DNA of 64,000 nt from Acidobacteriota bacterium. GTDB taxonomy: Bacteria > Acidobacteriota > UBA890 > WLXD01. The position numbers and the translations under genes were made by a program. Positions 1 to 9,245 of this stretch are shown piece by piece. The stretch spans positions 1,088,001-1,152,000 of the forward strand of contig CAXWPL010000005.1 in the NCBI GenBank assembly GCA_963666215.2, written 5' to 3'. Under the pieces are notes generated by a model that saw only the letters and a program-made list of their open reading frames with translations, was not told where the DNA came from and searched no databases. Position 1 is the first letter of the stretch; each line of letters begins with the position of its first letter.

Positions 1-1873
1 CGAGCTCCGTGGGCCACAAGTCTCTGAGGTACACGTCGGCACCCTCAGGATCCTTCCCAATCGGCTCGTTGACCAGATCGATGTCCACGGTGCCGGCCAA
101 TGCGTACGCCACCACGAGCGGTGGCGAGGCCAAGTAGCTCGCCTGAACGTCGGCGTGGATACGCCCTTCGAAGTTGCGGTTGCCCGACAGCACCGCCGCG
201 ACCACCAGATCGTTGTCACGCACGGTCTGTCCAATCGCCTCCGGCAGCGGGCCGGAGTTGCCGATGCAGGTCGTACAGCCGTAGCCGACGACATGGAAGC
301 CCAGAGTCTCGAGCTCCTCGAGCAGGCCCGCACGTTGGAGATAGTCGGTAACGACTTGTGAGCCAGGAGCCAGCGAGGTCTTCACCCAGGGCTTGCGGCG
401 CAGGCCACGACGCGCCGCATTGCGCGCCAACAATCCGGCGCCCACCATGACGCTCGGATTGGATGTGTTGGTGCAGCTGGTGATCGCGGCGATCACCACA
501 TGCCCGTCACGTATATCGAACGTCTCGCCGTCCTGCTCGCACGACGCGGAACGCGGCCCGAGCTCGTCGAGGTCGGTCATGATCGCGGCCGCGGCCGCAG
601 CTACCGCATCGCCTCCCATGGCGTCGGCGCCCAGCGCGATCGCACCCGCAACGGCGCCGGTGCTGGGCCTGCCGAACGTATCCACCAGCGCCTCCTGCCA
701 GGTCGACTGCATGTCGGCGAGATTGATCCGGTCTTGCGGTCGCTTGGGACCGGCAAGCGCCGGCTCGATGGTCGACAGGTCAAGCTCGAGCTGCGCCGAG
801 TAGGCGACGCCGGGCTCTGCCTCCTGCAGGTTCCACAGCCCCTGCTCGCGGCAATACAGCTCGACCGTCTCGACAAGCGCCTCATCGCGACCGGTCAGCC
901 GCAGATAGTCCAACGACCGCTCGTCAACGGGGAAATAACCGCAAGTCGCGCCATATTCCGGCGCCATGTTGGCGATTGTCGCGCGATTCGCAACCGGCAT
1001 GTTGGCGAGCCCGGGACCGAAGAACTCGACGAACTTGCCCACCACGCCGAGCTTACGAAGCATCTCGACCACGCGCAGCACGGCGTCGGTGGCGGTAGCC
1101 CCTTCGGGCAACCCACCCGTCAGACGAAACCCGACAACCTCGGGCATCAGCATGTACACCGGCTGTCCCAGCATTACCGCTTCGGCCTCGATGCCACCCA
1201 CACCCCAGCCCAGCACGCCTAAGCCGTTGATCATCGTGGTGTGCGAATCGGTGCCAACGAGAGAGTCCGGATAGAGGGCGCCGGCCTCGTCCCAAACGAC
1301 CTTGGCTAGGTACTCCAGGTTGACCTGGTGCACGATGCCGGTGGCCGGCGGCACAACGCGGAAATTGTCGAACGCCTCCTGCCCCCACTTGAGGAACTCG
1401 TAACGCTCGCGGTTGCGCTCGAACTCCCTCTCGGAATTGATCTGCAGCGCCATGCCGGAGGCGAACGCATCGACTTGCACCGAGTGGTCGATTACCAGGT
1501 CGCAGGCCACCAGCGGGTTGACTTTCTTCGGCTCGCCAGCCATCCGCACCATGGCCGAGCGCATCGCCGCAAGATCGACGACGGCAGGAACGCCGGTGAA
1601 GTCCTGCAACACCACCCGGCCGGGCGTGAAGGCGATCTCGGTGGCAGGCACATCGGTGGCGTCGTAGGCGGCGAGAGCTTCGATCTGGTTGGCCGTAACA
1701 ACACGACCGTCGAAGTTGCGCAGGCAGGACTCGAGCAGGATCTTGATGGTGTAGGGCAGCCGGTCGATGTTGCCGAGCTCGGCAAGCGCGTCGAGCCGGT
1801 GAATCGTGCGTTCGCCGACAGGAGTGTCTATCGTCTGCCGTGCCGCTAGGGCTACATCGGCGGTTTGCGGCAT
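1..1873 (-). CDS. acnA: Aconitate hydratase A (5' part; runs off the window start)
   Basis: Manual translation from ATG at 1873 (GAGG upstream): [18 protein letters not shown]...[18 protein letters not shown]...[11 protein letters not shown]...[12 protein letters not shown]...[27 protein letters not shown]...[13 protein letters not shown]...[12 protein letters not shown]...SGNRNFEGR, all AcnA motifs. Not in the ORF track because it is open-ended. Confidence 0.97.
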   Translation of the reverse strand, partial: MPQTADVALAARQTIDTPVGERTIHRLDALAELGNIDRLPYTIKILLESCLRNFDGRVVTANQIEALAAYDATDVPATEIAFTPGRVVLQDFTGVPAVVDLAAMRSAMVRMAGEPKKVNPLVACDLVIDHSVQVDAFASGMALQINSEREFERNRERYEFLKWGQEAFDNFRVVPPATGIVHQVNLEYLAKVVWDEAGALYPDSLVGTDSHTTMINGLGVLGWGVGGIEAEAVMLGQPVYMLMPEVVGFRLTGGLPEGATATDAVLRVVEMLRKLGVVGKFVEFFGPGLANMPVANRATIANMAPEYGATCGYFPVDERSLDYLRLTGRDEALVETVELYCREQGLWNLQEAEPGVAYSAQLELDLSTIEPALAGPKRPQDRINLADMQSTWQEALVDTFGRPSTGAVAGAIALGADAMGGDAVAAAAAAIMTDLDELGPRSASCEQDGETFDIRDGHVVIAAITSCTNTSNPSVMVGAGLLARNAARRGLRRKPWVKTSLAPGSQVVTDYLQRAGLLEELETLGFHVVGYGCTTCIGNSGPLPEAIGQTVRDNDLVVAAVLSGNRNFEGRIHADVQASYLASPPLVVAYALAGTVDIDLVNEPIGKDPEGADVYLRDLWPTEL

Positions 1874-2021
1874 GCGTTTACCTCGCTCGGGCCCGTGTTT
1901 CGGGCTGTCTATTGGACGGTGGCCCGGATTCTACCCCGGCAGGAATGACACCTGGTGCGGCGGCATACCGTATGCAACCAGAGAGCTCGACTACGCCTGC
2001 ACGGACATCTCGGAGGTGCGC

Positions 2022-2468
2022 ATGACAGACGCCGCCGCTCCATCTCCCCCGCCAGCTCCCGTCGAAAGCGCCACGGCCACCACTGCAACGCCGCGAAACG
2101 ATCGCCCCGATGGTGTCGTTCTGCTGGCGATCTGGTACCTCGTTCTCGCCGGCGGAGCCTTTTTCGCGGCCTGCGTAACCTCCATACCGATCGGTCTCTT
2201 CTCCTTCGCCAGCCACATGCCCGGTCCGCCGCGCTTTCTGGGCACCGCGCTGTTTGGCTTCGGACTGCTGTTCGCCATGGCCTGCATGATCCTGCTGCTC
2301 GCCGTTGCCTGGGGGCTGTGGCACCTCCAGGAGTGGGCTCGCGTACTGTTGCTCTTCGTGTCCGTGACGCACCTTCCGTTCTTCCCTATCGGCACCGCAA
2401 TTGGCGTCGTCACGCTGTGGTACATGGGCACGCACGACGACGTGCAGCGCGCGTTCAAGACCGCTTGA
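2022..2468 (+). CDS. Hypothetical integral membrane protein (about 4 TM)
   Basis: ATG at 2022 preceded by GGAGG; Pro/Ala-rich N-terminus then several hydrophobic helices (FPIGTAIGVVTLWY). Confidence 0.75.
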   Translation: MTDAAAPSPPPAPVESATATTATPRNDRPDGVVLLAIWYLVLAGGAFFAACVTSIPIGLFSFASHMPGPPRFLGTALFGFGLLFAMACMILLLAVAWGLWHLQEWARVLLLFVSVTHLPFFPIGTAIGVVTLWYMGTHDDVQRAFKTA

Positions 2469-3115
2469 TGGCCCGTACGACCCGAGAACCCGCGTCTCCG
2501 ATAGTCGCAGGAACGGCCGGATGCTACGGTTGGGCACTTCTCTCGCCCCCTCACGCAATGGTGCCCGGTGATCAGCCTCCAGCGTTTGCGCAGCCAGGCC
2601 ACGGGAGATCCATGTCGGTTGGGGCTCGGCCTCGCCGTCGTTCTTCTGTTTTCACCGGCGCAGGCTATCGCTCAGCAGGACGTGGACCCGTCACCGAGAG
2701 GGACGACAGGCACGTTCCGGTTCAATCGCGCGGCGCTGGAGCGGTCGATCGACCAAGCGCTTCAAGTCACGACCGCGGACCCGGGCGCCGACGCGGACGC
2801 TGTCGCTGATCAGGCCGCGCCCGGCGCGGAGTACTTCGACATGCTGAGGGCACGCCCCACCGACATGGCGGGGATGTTCCGCGAGGTGATGGTTCCAAGG
2901 GAACTCGGCGACCGCATGCTGCAGATGACCTACGACAGGGTCGGTCTCACGACGCTCGTCGTCGGCGTTGCGCTCGCCGGCATGTCCGCCGAAGGCTTCG
3001 ACAAGGACGTCAACCGCGCGTTCGGTGAGGGCACCACGACGTTCGGCGGCTTGAGCAAGCGAATGGAGACCCTTGGCGCCGCAACCACGGCGTATCCGGC
3101 GGCGTTCGGCACCTA

Positions 3116-4523
3116 GGGGATGTCCCACCGTCCGTTGAACTAAGGCGACGGTGAAGTGGTTGGGATTGTTACGCAGTACGGCGCTCCTGCTCAAGGGGAG
3201 CGTCGACGGCGGCGTTCAGTGCGGCATCGAGCTTGGCGATGTCGCGGTAGCCACGGACCCTCCGGAAGTGGCTCTCGGCCTCGATGAGCGCGGTAACCGC
3301 CCATCGAACGATCATGCTCCCGGAGCGCCATCTCTTTACGTTGCGGCTGACGTGTTTGATCGTGCCGTTGAGATTCTCGATCGTGTTCGTTGAACGCAAC
3401 GTTCGAAGCAGCGGCCCCTGCACTCCGAGCCGGGTGACGGTGAGCGTCTCTTGCATTCCTTCTCTGAGCGAGGCCGCTGCACCGGGGTGATCGGTCTCCA
3501 GCTCCTTGACCACGGCGTCGAGCTGCTTGGTCGCTGCCGCTGCCGTCTCCGCCTTCCAGGCCTTGCGGATCTTCGCCGCGAACCAGGGCCGGATATGCCC
3601 TGGCAGATGTTCCAAGACGTTCTTGATCTTGTGGACACGGCAGCGCTGGATCAGGGCCCACTCGCCGAACGTGTCGCGCACTGCTTTACGGAGGCCCTTG
3701 GAGCCATCGATTACCACCAACCGCGCCCGTTCGACGGGCATGCCGCGTTCAATCAACTGCCGCAGCAGCGATCGGCACACACGTGAACTCTCGGTGGTGC
3801 CTTCTACGACGCCCAGAACATGCTTGACGCCGTCCGTATCGATGCCCATGGCGATCACCAACAGGTGCTTGCCCATGTGCGTACCGTCGATCACCAGCAC
3901 CGGCAAGTCCACCTCGTTGAGTGGTTGGGCCAGGTACTGCTGCACCTGCCGGGCGGTACGCGCTACGAACCGCCGCGACACACTCGAGCGACTCGTCCCG
4001 GATGAAGTTCGGCCTTCGGGCAGCTGCTCCAACGAGCGCTCATACTTGCGCGTCGTGACGCCGCACAGGATCTGCTCCACGGCGCGCTCTTCGAGCGGGT
4101 CGGTGGCCTTGAACCTCTCCCAGTGCGGCAGCGGCAGCTCTTGGCCATCGACGCTCCGAGCCCGCGGCTTGCGTACCTTGACCCGCCGGCCGCCCATCAC
4201 CAGCGAGCCCTCGTCGTAGCCGTGTCGGTACGCCCGCCGCTGCTGTGACCGTGCGTGGCGTTCTCCGCATAGCTCAGCTCTGTCTTGCTCGAGCAGCGAC
4301 CCCAACACCCCGAAGCCGGCGTCCATGACCAGAGCTCGTAGATCCGATCGCGCCGCTACCACGGCCTCCAGCAGCTTGCCCTCTCGGCGCTCCGCTTTCC
4401 TACTCGTCTCTGTTCTGCGACTCTTGCCCATGACGGTGATCCTCCATGCCTAGTGGATTGACCCCGACACACTATCGAGGTCGGATCACCGTCACCTTTT
4501 TCAACGGAAAGCGAGACATCATC
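3116..4523 (-). mobile_element. IS256-family insertion sequence (about 1.4 kb)
   Basis: Imperfect terminal inverted repeats gggGATGTCccaccgtCCGTTGAActAAGGcGACGGTGA and gatGATGTCtcgctttCCGTTGAAaAAGGtGACGGTGA. Direct repeat GGCACCTA at 3108-3115 and 4524-4531; the match extends to 10 bp (TCGGCACCTA), so the right end is uncertain by 2 nt. Confidence 0.92.
3169..4431 (-). CDS. IS256-family (Mutator-type) DDE transposase
   Basis: 420 aa; LVIDG, VVIDGSKGL, IQRCRVHK (CxxH) and STNTIENLN motifs typical of IS256 transposases; ORF intact. Confidence 0.93.
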   Translation of the reverse strand: MGKSRRTETSRKAERREGKLLEAVVAARSDLRALVMDAGFGVLGSLLEQDRAELCGERHARSQQRRAYRHGYDEGSLVMGGRRVKVRKPRARSVDGQELPLPHWERFKATDPLEERAVEQILCGVTTRKYERSLEQLPEGRTSSGTSRSSVSRRFVARTARQVQQYLAQPLNEVDLPVLVIDGTHMGKHLLVIAMGIDTDGVKHVLGVVEGTTESSRVCRSLLRQLIERGMPVERARLVVIDGSKGLRKAVRDTFGEWALIQRCRVHKIKNVLEHLPGHIRPWFAAKIRKAWKAETAAAATKQLDAVVKELETDHPGAAASLREGMQETLTVTRLGVQGPLLRTLRSTNTIENLNGTIKHVSRNVKRWRSGSMIVRWAVTALIEAESHFRRVRGYRDIAKLDAALNAAVDAPLEQERRTA

Positions 4524-4998
4524 GGCACCTATGTGTTCAGCGTGATCACACGTGATGACCGACTCCGACTCTTTGTGTCGCAGGCCACACAGGCGATGCT
4601 GTTCACCGACCTCGCGATCACCGGCGTCAAGTACGCCGCGACACGACTTCGACCCGACTCCAGCAACGACCTGTCGTTTCCGTCCGGCCACACGTCGCGC
4701 GCCTTCGCGCTGGCCGAAGCGGTTCGCGCCAACTTCGGCTGGAAGGCCGGCGGCCCGGCCTACGGATTGGCGGTGTTCATGGGCCTCACGCGCATCGACA
4801 TGAATCGCCACTTCCTCTCCGACGTGCTGGTGGGTGGCGCCGTCGGCGTCCTGATGAGCCGTATGGTCACCCAGCCGCTGGCGAATCGTGGGGTGAGCGT
4901 GAGCCCGATCGTCGGCGCCGACGGAGCGCTCGGGCTCGGAGCGAGCGTCGATCTGCGCTAGTTGCTCAGTGCTTGCGAACGTGCGGCGGCCGCCTAGC

Positions 4999-6041
4999 TG
5001 TATTTTCTAAGTAGGTTGTTCACATCGGGGCTCACTTCTGAGATCAATGGGGTTGTTCAAAAGACTCCACGACCTCAGAAGGAGCGCCCGATGCAGCTGC
5101 ATGGTAACGCCCGCACGACGCCGTATATACGCCGAGAGATGGTCCGCCGAGTCCGGGAGCGGGCGGAGCCCGTGACGGAAACGGCGGCGGCGCTCGGCGT
5201 GTCGGCTCGAACGGTTTACAAGTGGCTGGATAGATACGAGCGAGAAGGTGAGGCCGGGCTGCTCGATCGATCAAGCCGGCCGACGTGCTGTCCGCACGCA
5301 ACAAGCGCTGGAGTTGTGAGGCAGATCGACAAGCTACGTCGGCGGCGACTGACGGCCTGGCAGATCAGCCGAAGGTTGGCTGTGCCGCGCTCGACCGTCT
5401 CGGCGTGGCTGAAGCGGCTCGGACTCGCCAAGCTTGATGCGCTCGAGCCCAAGCCCGAGATCGTTCGCTACGAGTACGAGCACCCCGGTGACCTACTGCA
5501 CCTGGATACGAAGAAACTGGCCCGTATCCGGCGACCTGGACACCGCATCCACGGCGACCGCTCCAAGCGGGCCTACGGCGTCGGCTGGGAGAACGCCCAC
5601 GTCGCTATCGACGATCACTCTCGGGTGGCGTACGTCGAAGTGCTGCCCGCCGAAGACCAACACACCTGCACAGCGTTCCTGCAGCGAGCCGTCGAGCACT
5701 TCGCTTCGATGGGAGTAGCGGTGCGCCGAGTGATGACAGACAACGGGCCTGGCTACGTCTCGAAGCGCTTCAATCGCCTATGCCATCAACTCGAGATCCG
5801 GCACATTTACACCCGGCCCTACACCCCCAGAACCAACGGCAAAGCCGAACGCTTCATCCGCACACTCAAGGAGCAGTGGGCCTACGGCACCTGCTACCAG
5901 ACCTCAGCTCGACGTACTCGAGCTCTACGGCCCTGGCTCAACCACTACAATCGTCACCGTCCCCACGCCGGCATCGGCATGACACCGCCGATCGCTCGGC
6001 TCTCAGGGGTGAGTTCGTGAACAACCTACCTAGAACTCACA
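4999..6041 (+). mobile_element. IS481-family insertion sequence (1043 bp)
   Basis: TGT...ACA ends; 25-bp terminal inverted repeats tgtattttctaagtaggttgttcac / tgtgagttctaggtaggttgttcac (21/25); 6-bp target duplication CCTAGC at 4993-4998 and 6042-6047, matching the NCTAGN preference of IS481. Confidence 0.95.
5091..6020 (+). CDS. IS481-family transposase
   Basis: ATG at 5091 after AAGGAG; MQLHGNARTT N-terminus, HTH, LLHLDTKKL, AIDDHSR, MTDNG, PRTNGKAERF (rve integrase core). Confidence 0.95.
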   Translation: MQLHGNARTTPYIRREMVRRVRERAEPVTETAAALGVSARTVYKWLDRYEREGEAGLLDRSSRPTCCPHATSAGVVRQIDKLRRRRLTAWQISRRLAVPRSTVSAWLKRLGLAKLDALEPKPEIVRYEYEHPGDLLHLDTKKLARIRRPGHRIHGDRSKRAYGVGWENAHVAIDDHSRVAYVEVLPAEDQHTCTAFLQRAVEHFASMGVAVRRVMTDNGPGYVSKRFNRLCHQLEIRHIYTRPYTPRTNGKAERFIRTLKEQWAYGTCYQTSARRTRALRPWLNHYNRHRPHAGIGMTPPIARLSGVSS

Positions 6042-6042
6042 C

Positions 6043-7501
6043 CTAGCGGCGCTCGAAGCGTATGTTGACCACGCGCCCAGCGTCGAGGAAGAACCCGATC
6101 GCCTGCCCGCCATCGCGCAGAAATCTGATCACCAGCGGCCACTCGCGCCCTCGAAAATGGTCGGGCGTCGACGAGGTCAGGGTGATGTCGGCCAGTCGCG
6201 GCCCGTACATCACGAGGCGCCCGTCGTCGATCGCCAGCTCGTAGGTGATGTTGAGCTCCGGGCTGTAGAAGGCGCCGGTATAAGCGCGCAGCTCGGCCAC
6301 GGGCAAGGTCATCTCGGCCTGACCGTTCCCCTCGTCCATCTCGCCACTACTTTCCGAGGACGCGGTGGGAGCCGGCTCGGTCATCTGATCTCCCAGCACC
6401 ACGTCGGCCACACGGCGCGCCAAGCGCGACGGAGCCGTGGTGGCGAGATTGCAGAGCGTGATGATGCTGGTGCGCTGATCGGGAAAGCGCAGCATGTCGG
6501 CGCGGAAGCCCACAAAGGCCCCCCCGTGGCTGATCAGTCGCAGCCCACGGTAGGTCGAGTCGGCAATGCCGGCGGCGTAGTCGAGCACCTCGCCGTCGTT
6601 GAGCACGCCGCGCTGCAGCCAGCGATCGATCAGCGCCGGATCGCCCTCGCCGAGCTTGTTGTCGTAGAAGTTACGATCCCACGCCAGTAGATCATTGACA
6701 GTCGTGAACACGCCACCGTCTCCGATCATCTCGAGACTGGTCATCGAAATCTCGAAGCCGGTCCCCCCCGCCTCCGAGCGGTGCGTATCCCGAGGCCCGG
6801 CGCTCGACGATGTGCGCCAAGTTGTTGTGGAAATGGGTGTTGTCCATACCGAGTGGCCGGAAGATCAGCTCGCGAGCCACGTCTCGCAACGACTGGCCGG
6901 TCACCGCCTCCACGATCTGACCCAGCAGGAAGTAGCCCGTGTTGGAATAAAGGTGCTCCGCGCCAGGCTCGAAATTCAGATGCGCCTGGCGCGACAGCAT
7001 TTCGATGATCTGGGCGTCCGTGTAGAAGTCCTCATCGCGAAAGCCGCCGAGGCGCATCAAGACGAGGTAGTCGCGCAGCGCGCTCGTATGGTGCAACAGG
7101 CGGCGGATGGTGATCGTGTTCGTGAGGCCGTAGTCGGGAACGTACGCGAGAACGTCGCGAACGTCATCGTCGAGCGACAGTCCGCCGGCCTCGTCGAGAA
7201 GCAAGATCACCATGGCGGTGAACTGCTTCGACACCGATCCGATGCGGAACACGCTGTCGGCGTTGAGCGGAATCCCGTGCTCGAGGTTCGCCATCCCGTA
7301 GCCACGCTGATAGACGAAGTCGCCGTTCTCGATCACACCGAGCGCACAGCCGGGCGACTCAGCGCTGTCGTAGGCCGCCAAGACCGCGTCAATCTCGCCG
7401 TCAGGACCGAACCTCAGGAGCCCATCGAGCTCGGCGTTCGGCGAGCCGCCGCACCCCACAAGGCAGAGCAACGGGACGAGGGCGAACATGGAGCGATGCA
7501 T
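6043..7501 (-). pseudogene. Serine hydrolase (beta-lactamase class C-like) lipoprotein, frameshifted
   Basis: Lipobox LVGC; SVSKQF (SxxK), LLHHTS, YSNTGY, HGG. Split at a G7 run (C7 at 6763-6769 on +). Removing one G gives ...PLGGGGTGFEISMTSLEMIGDGG, joining ORFs 6692..7681 and 6043..6744. Confidence 0.85.
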
Positions 7502-7675
7502 CGCTGCTCCGATCGGGACGGCTGTGGCGCGGCGTGAGAGGTGGAAAACGCACGGCTTCGAGACCTGCGCAATCCAGCCAGGAGTTGGCGGATCATGGCC
7601 TCTTGCAGCAAGCGGTTCAACCGGCTCGGCGAAGAGAGGCCTCCCATCGCGCGTCAATCGACGTAACATCCTCGG

Positions 7676-9130
7676 ATGCACCTGCTAGCAACACTGGCGG
7701 CCCTACTCGCGCTCGTCGTGCCAACGCCGCTCACCAGCCCACAACAAACGAACGTCGACTCGGAGCGTCTCGACGCGGCGCGGGCGGCGCTCGCGGACGG
7801 GCGTGTGGCGACGGCGATCGAGATGCTCGCGCGACTCGCGGAGGAAAACCCCGACGCAGCGGTGGTTGCTCTGTACATGGGCCACGCGCTGCGTCTCGAA
7901 GGAGACGCCGACGCGGCGATGACGCAATACCTGCGCGGCCTCGAGATCGAGCCTGCCGAGCCTCACCTGCTGATCGCGCTCGGCGAGATCCACGAGCAGG
8001 GCGGCGATGTCGGGCGCGCGCTGGAGCTCTACAACCAGGCCATCAAAGCAACACCCGACCAACCTCTGGGCTACCGCAAGGCCGCCAACCTCGAGATGAA
8101 TCGAGATGCCCACGCGGCGGCGATCGGCTACCTCGAACCGCTCTCCGAGCTGCTCGATCCGCCCACCGACGCGCTTCTACTGCTCGGTCTCGAGCACTTT
8201 CTCGATCAGCGCTTCGACGAAGCCGCTCTCGCCTACGAGCGCGTGCTGGCACTGGAGCCCGACAACGTCAACGCGCACTACGGCCTGGGGAACCTGCTAA
8301 CCCGGCGACCCGACCAGCTCGAGCTCGCCGTCGATCACCTCCGCCTGGCTGTCGCCGGCGACTCCACAAACGCCAACGCGTACTACCTGATCGGTCGAAC
8401 TCTCGCCGATCTCGAGCGCTTCGACGAAGCCCGCGTTGCGCTCGAGCTCAGCGTCGATCTCGTTCCTGATCGCGCCGATCCCCACTACCGGCTGGCGATC
8501 ATCTACACCCGCCTGGGCGACCACAACGGTGCCCGCCAGCACCAAACGCGGTTCGAGACGCTAACCCAGAGGCGAACCACCGAGGAAGCGCGTCGCAAGG
8601 AACGCACCTTGATCATGAACGAGGTCGCCGCGGTGATCCGCGGCAGCTCCCCGGAGAGCGCCCTCGACGCCGTCGACCGCCTCCTCGACGCCTATCCGGA
8701 CGATAACGAGATCCTGCTGCTGGCGGCCAGCGTGTGGTCGACAACGGGGCGCCTCGAACAGGCGGTCGAGCTCGCCGACCGCGTGCTGGTACGCGACGCA
8801 CGCAGCTGGAAAGCCCACTATGTCCGTGGCCTATCGCTGGCCAACGCCGGCCGCTTCGAGGAAGCCCGCTCCGCGCTGCTCCAGTCGCGCTCCGTCAATC
8901 CGGCCTCCGCGCTCACCCACACGGCGCTCGGCGACGTGGTTCTGCAGCTCGGCGATATCGACACCGCCGTGAAGGCCTTCAAGACCGCGCTTGCACTCGA
9001 GCCCGACGTCGCGCGACATCACCTGAAGCTGGCCAACACCTACCGCCAACTCGGCGATCGCGAGCTCGAACAGCGCCATCGCACTGAACACCGACGTCTC
9101 CTGTACGCGCGCCGCTTGCCGCAACAGTAG
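7676..9130 (+). CDS. Exported tetratricopeptide-repeat protein
   Basis: Signal peptide then many TPR units (ALALEPDNVNAHYGLG, ALALEPDVARHHLKLA). Confidence 0.88.
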   Translation: MHLLATLAALLALVVPTPLTSPQQTNVDSERLDAARAALADGRVATAIEMLARLAEENPDAAVVALYMGHALRLEGDADAAMTQYLRGLEIEPAEPHLLIALGEIHEQGGDVGRALELYNQAIKATPDQPLGYRKAANLEMNRDAHAAAIGYLEPLSELLDPPTDALLLLGLEHFLDQRFDEAALAYERVLALEPDNVNAHYGLGNLLTRRPDQLELAVDHLRLAVAGDSTNANAYYLIGRTLADLERFDEARVALELSVDLVPDRADPHYRLAIIYTRLGDHNGARQHQTRFETLTQRRTTEEARRKERTLIMNEVAAVIRGSSPESALDAVDRLLDAYPDDNEILLLAASVWSTTGRLEQAVELADRVLVRDARSWKAHYVRGLSLANAGRFEEARSALLQSRSVNPASALTHTALGDVVLQLGDIDTAVKAFKTALALEPDVARHHLKLANTYRQLGDRELEQRHRTEHRRLLYARRLPQQ

Positions 9131-9245
9131 TGGCGGGCGCGCTAGACAAGAGAGCCCTTGCGAGCGCACTCGTGCGCTGCGGCCGTCGGGATCCGCCGAC
9201 TGACCTCATGGCAGCCATTCCAGTCCTGTCGAAACCCGGCCAGAG

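Larger units (their letters stand above)
2568..4961 (+). pseudogene. Exported PAP2-family phosphatase interrupted by an IS256-family element
   Basis: Removing 3116-4523 plus one copy of the target duplication rejoins ...AAFGT|YVFSVITRDD... in frame. The 3' half has the PAP2 motifs KYAATRLRP, FPSGH and TRIDMNRHFLSDV; the 5' half has a signal-like segment. Start codon uncertain. Confidence 0.9.
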
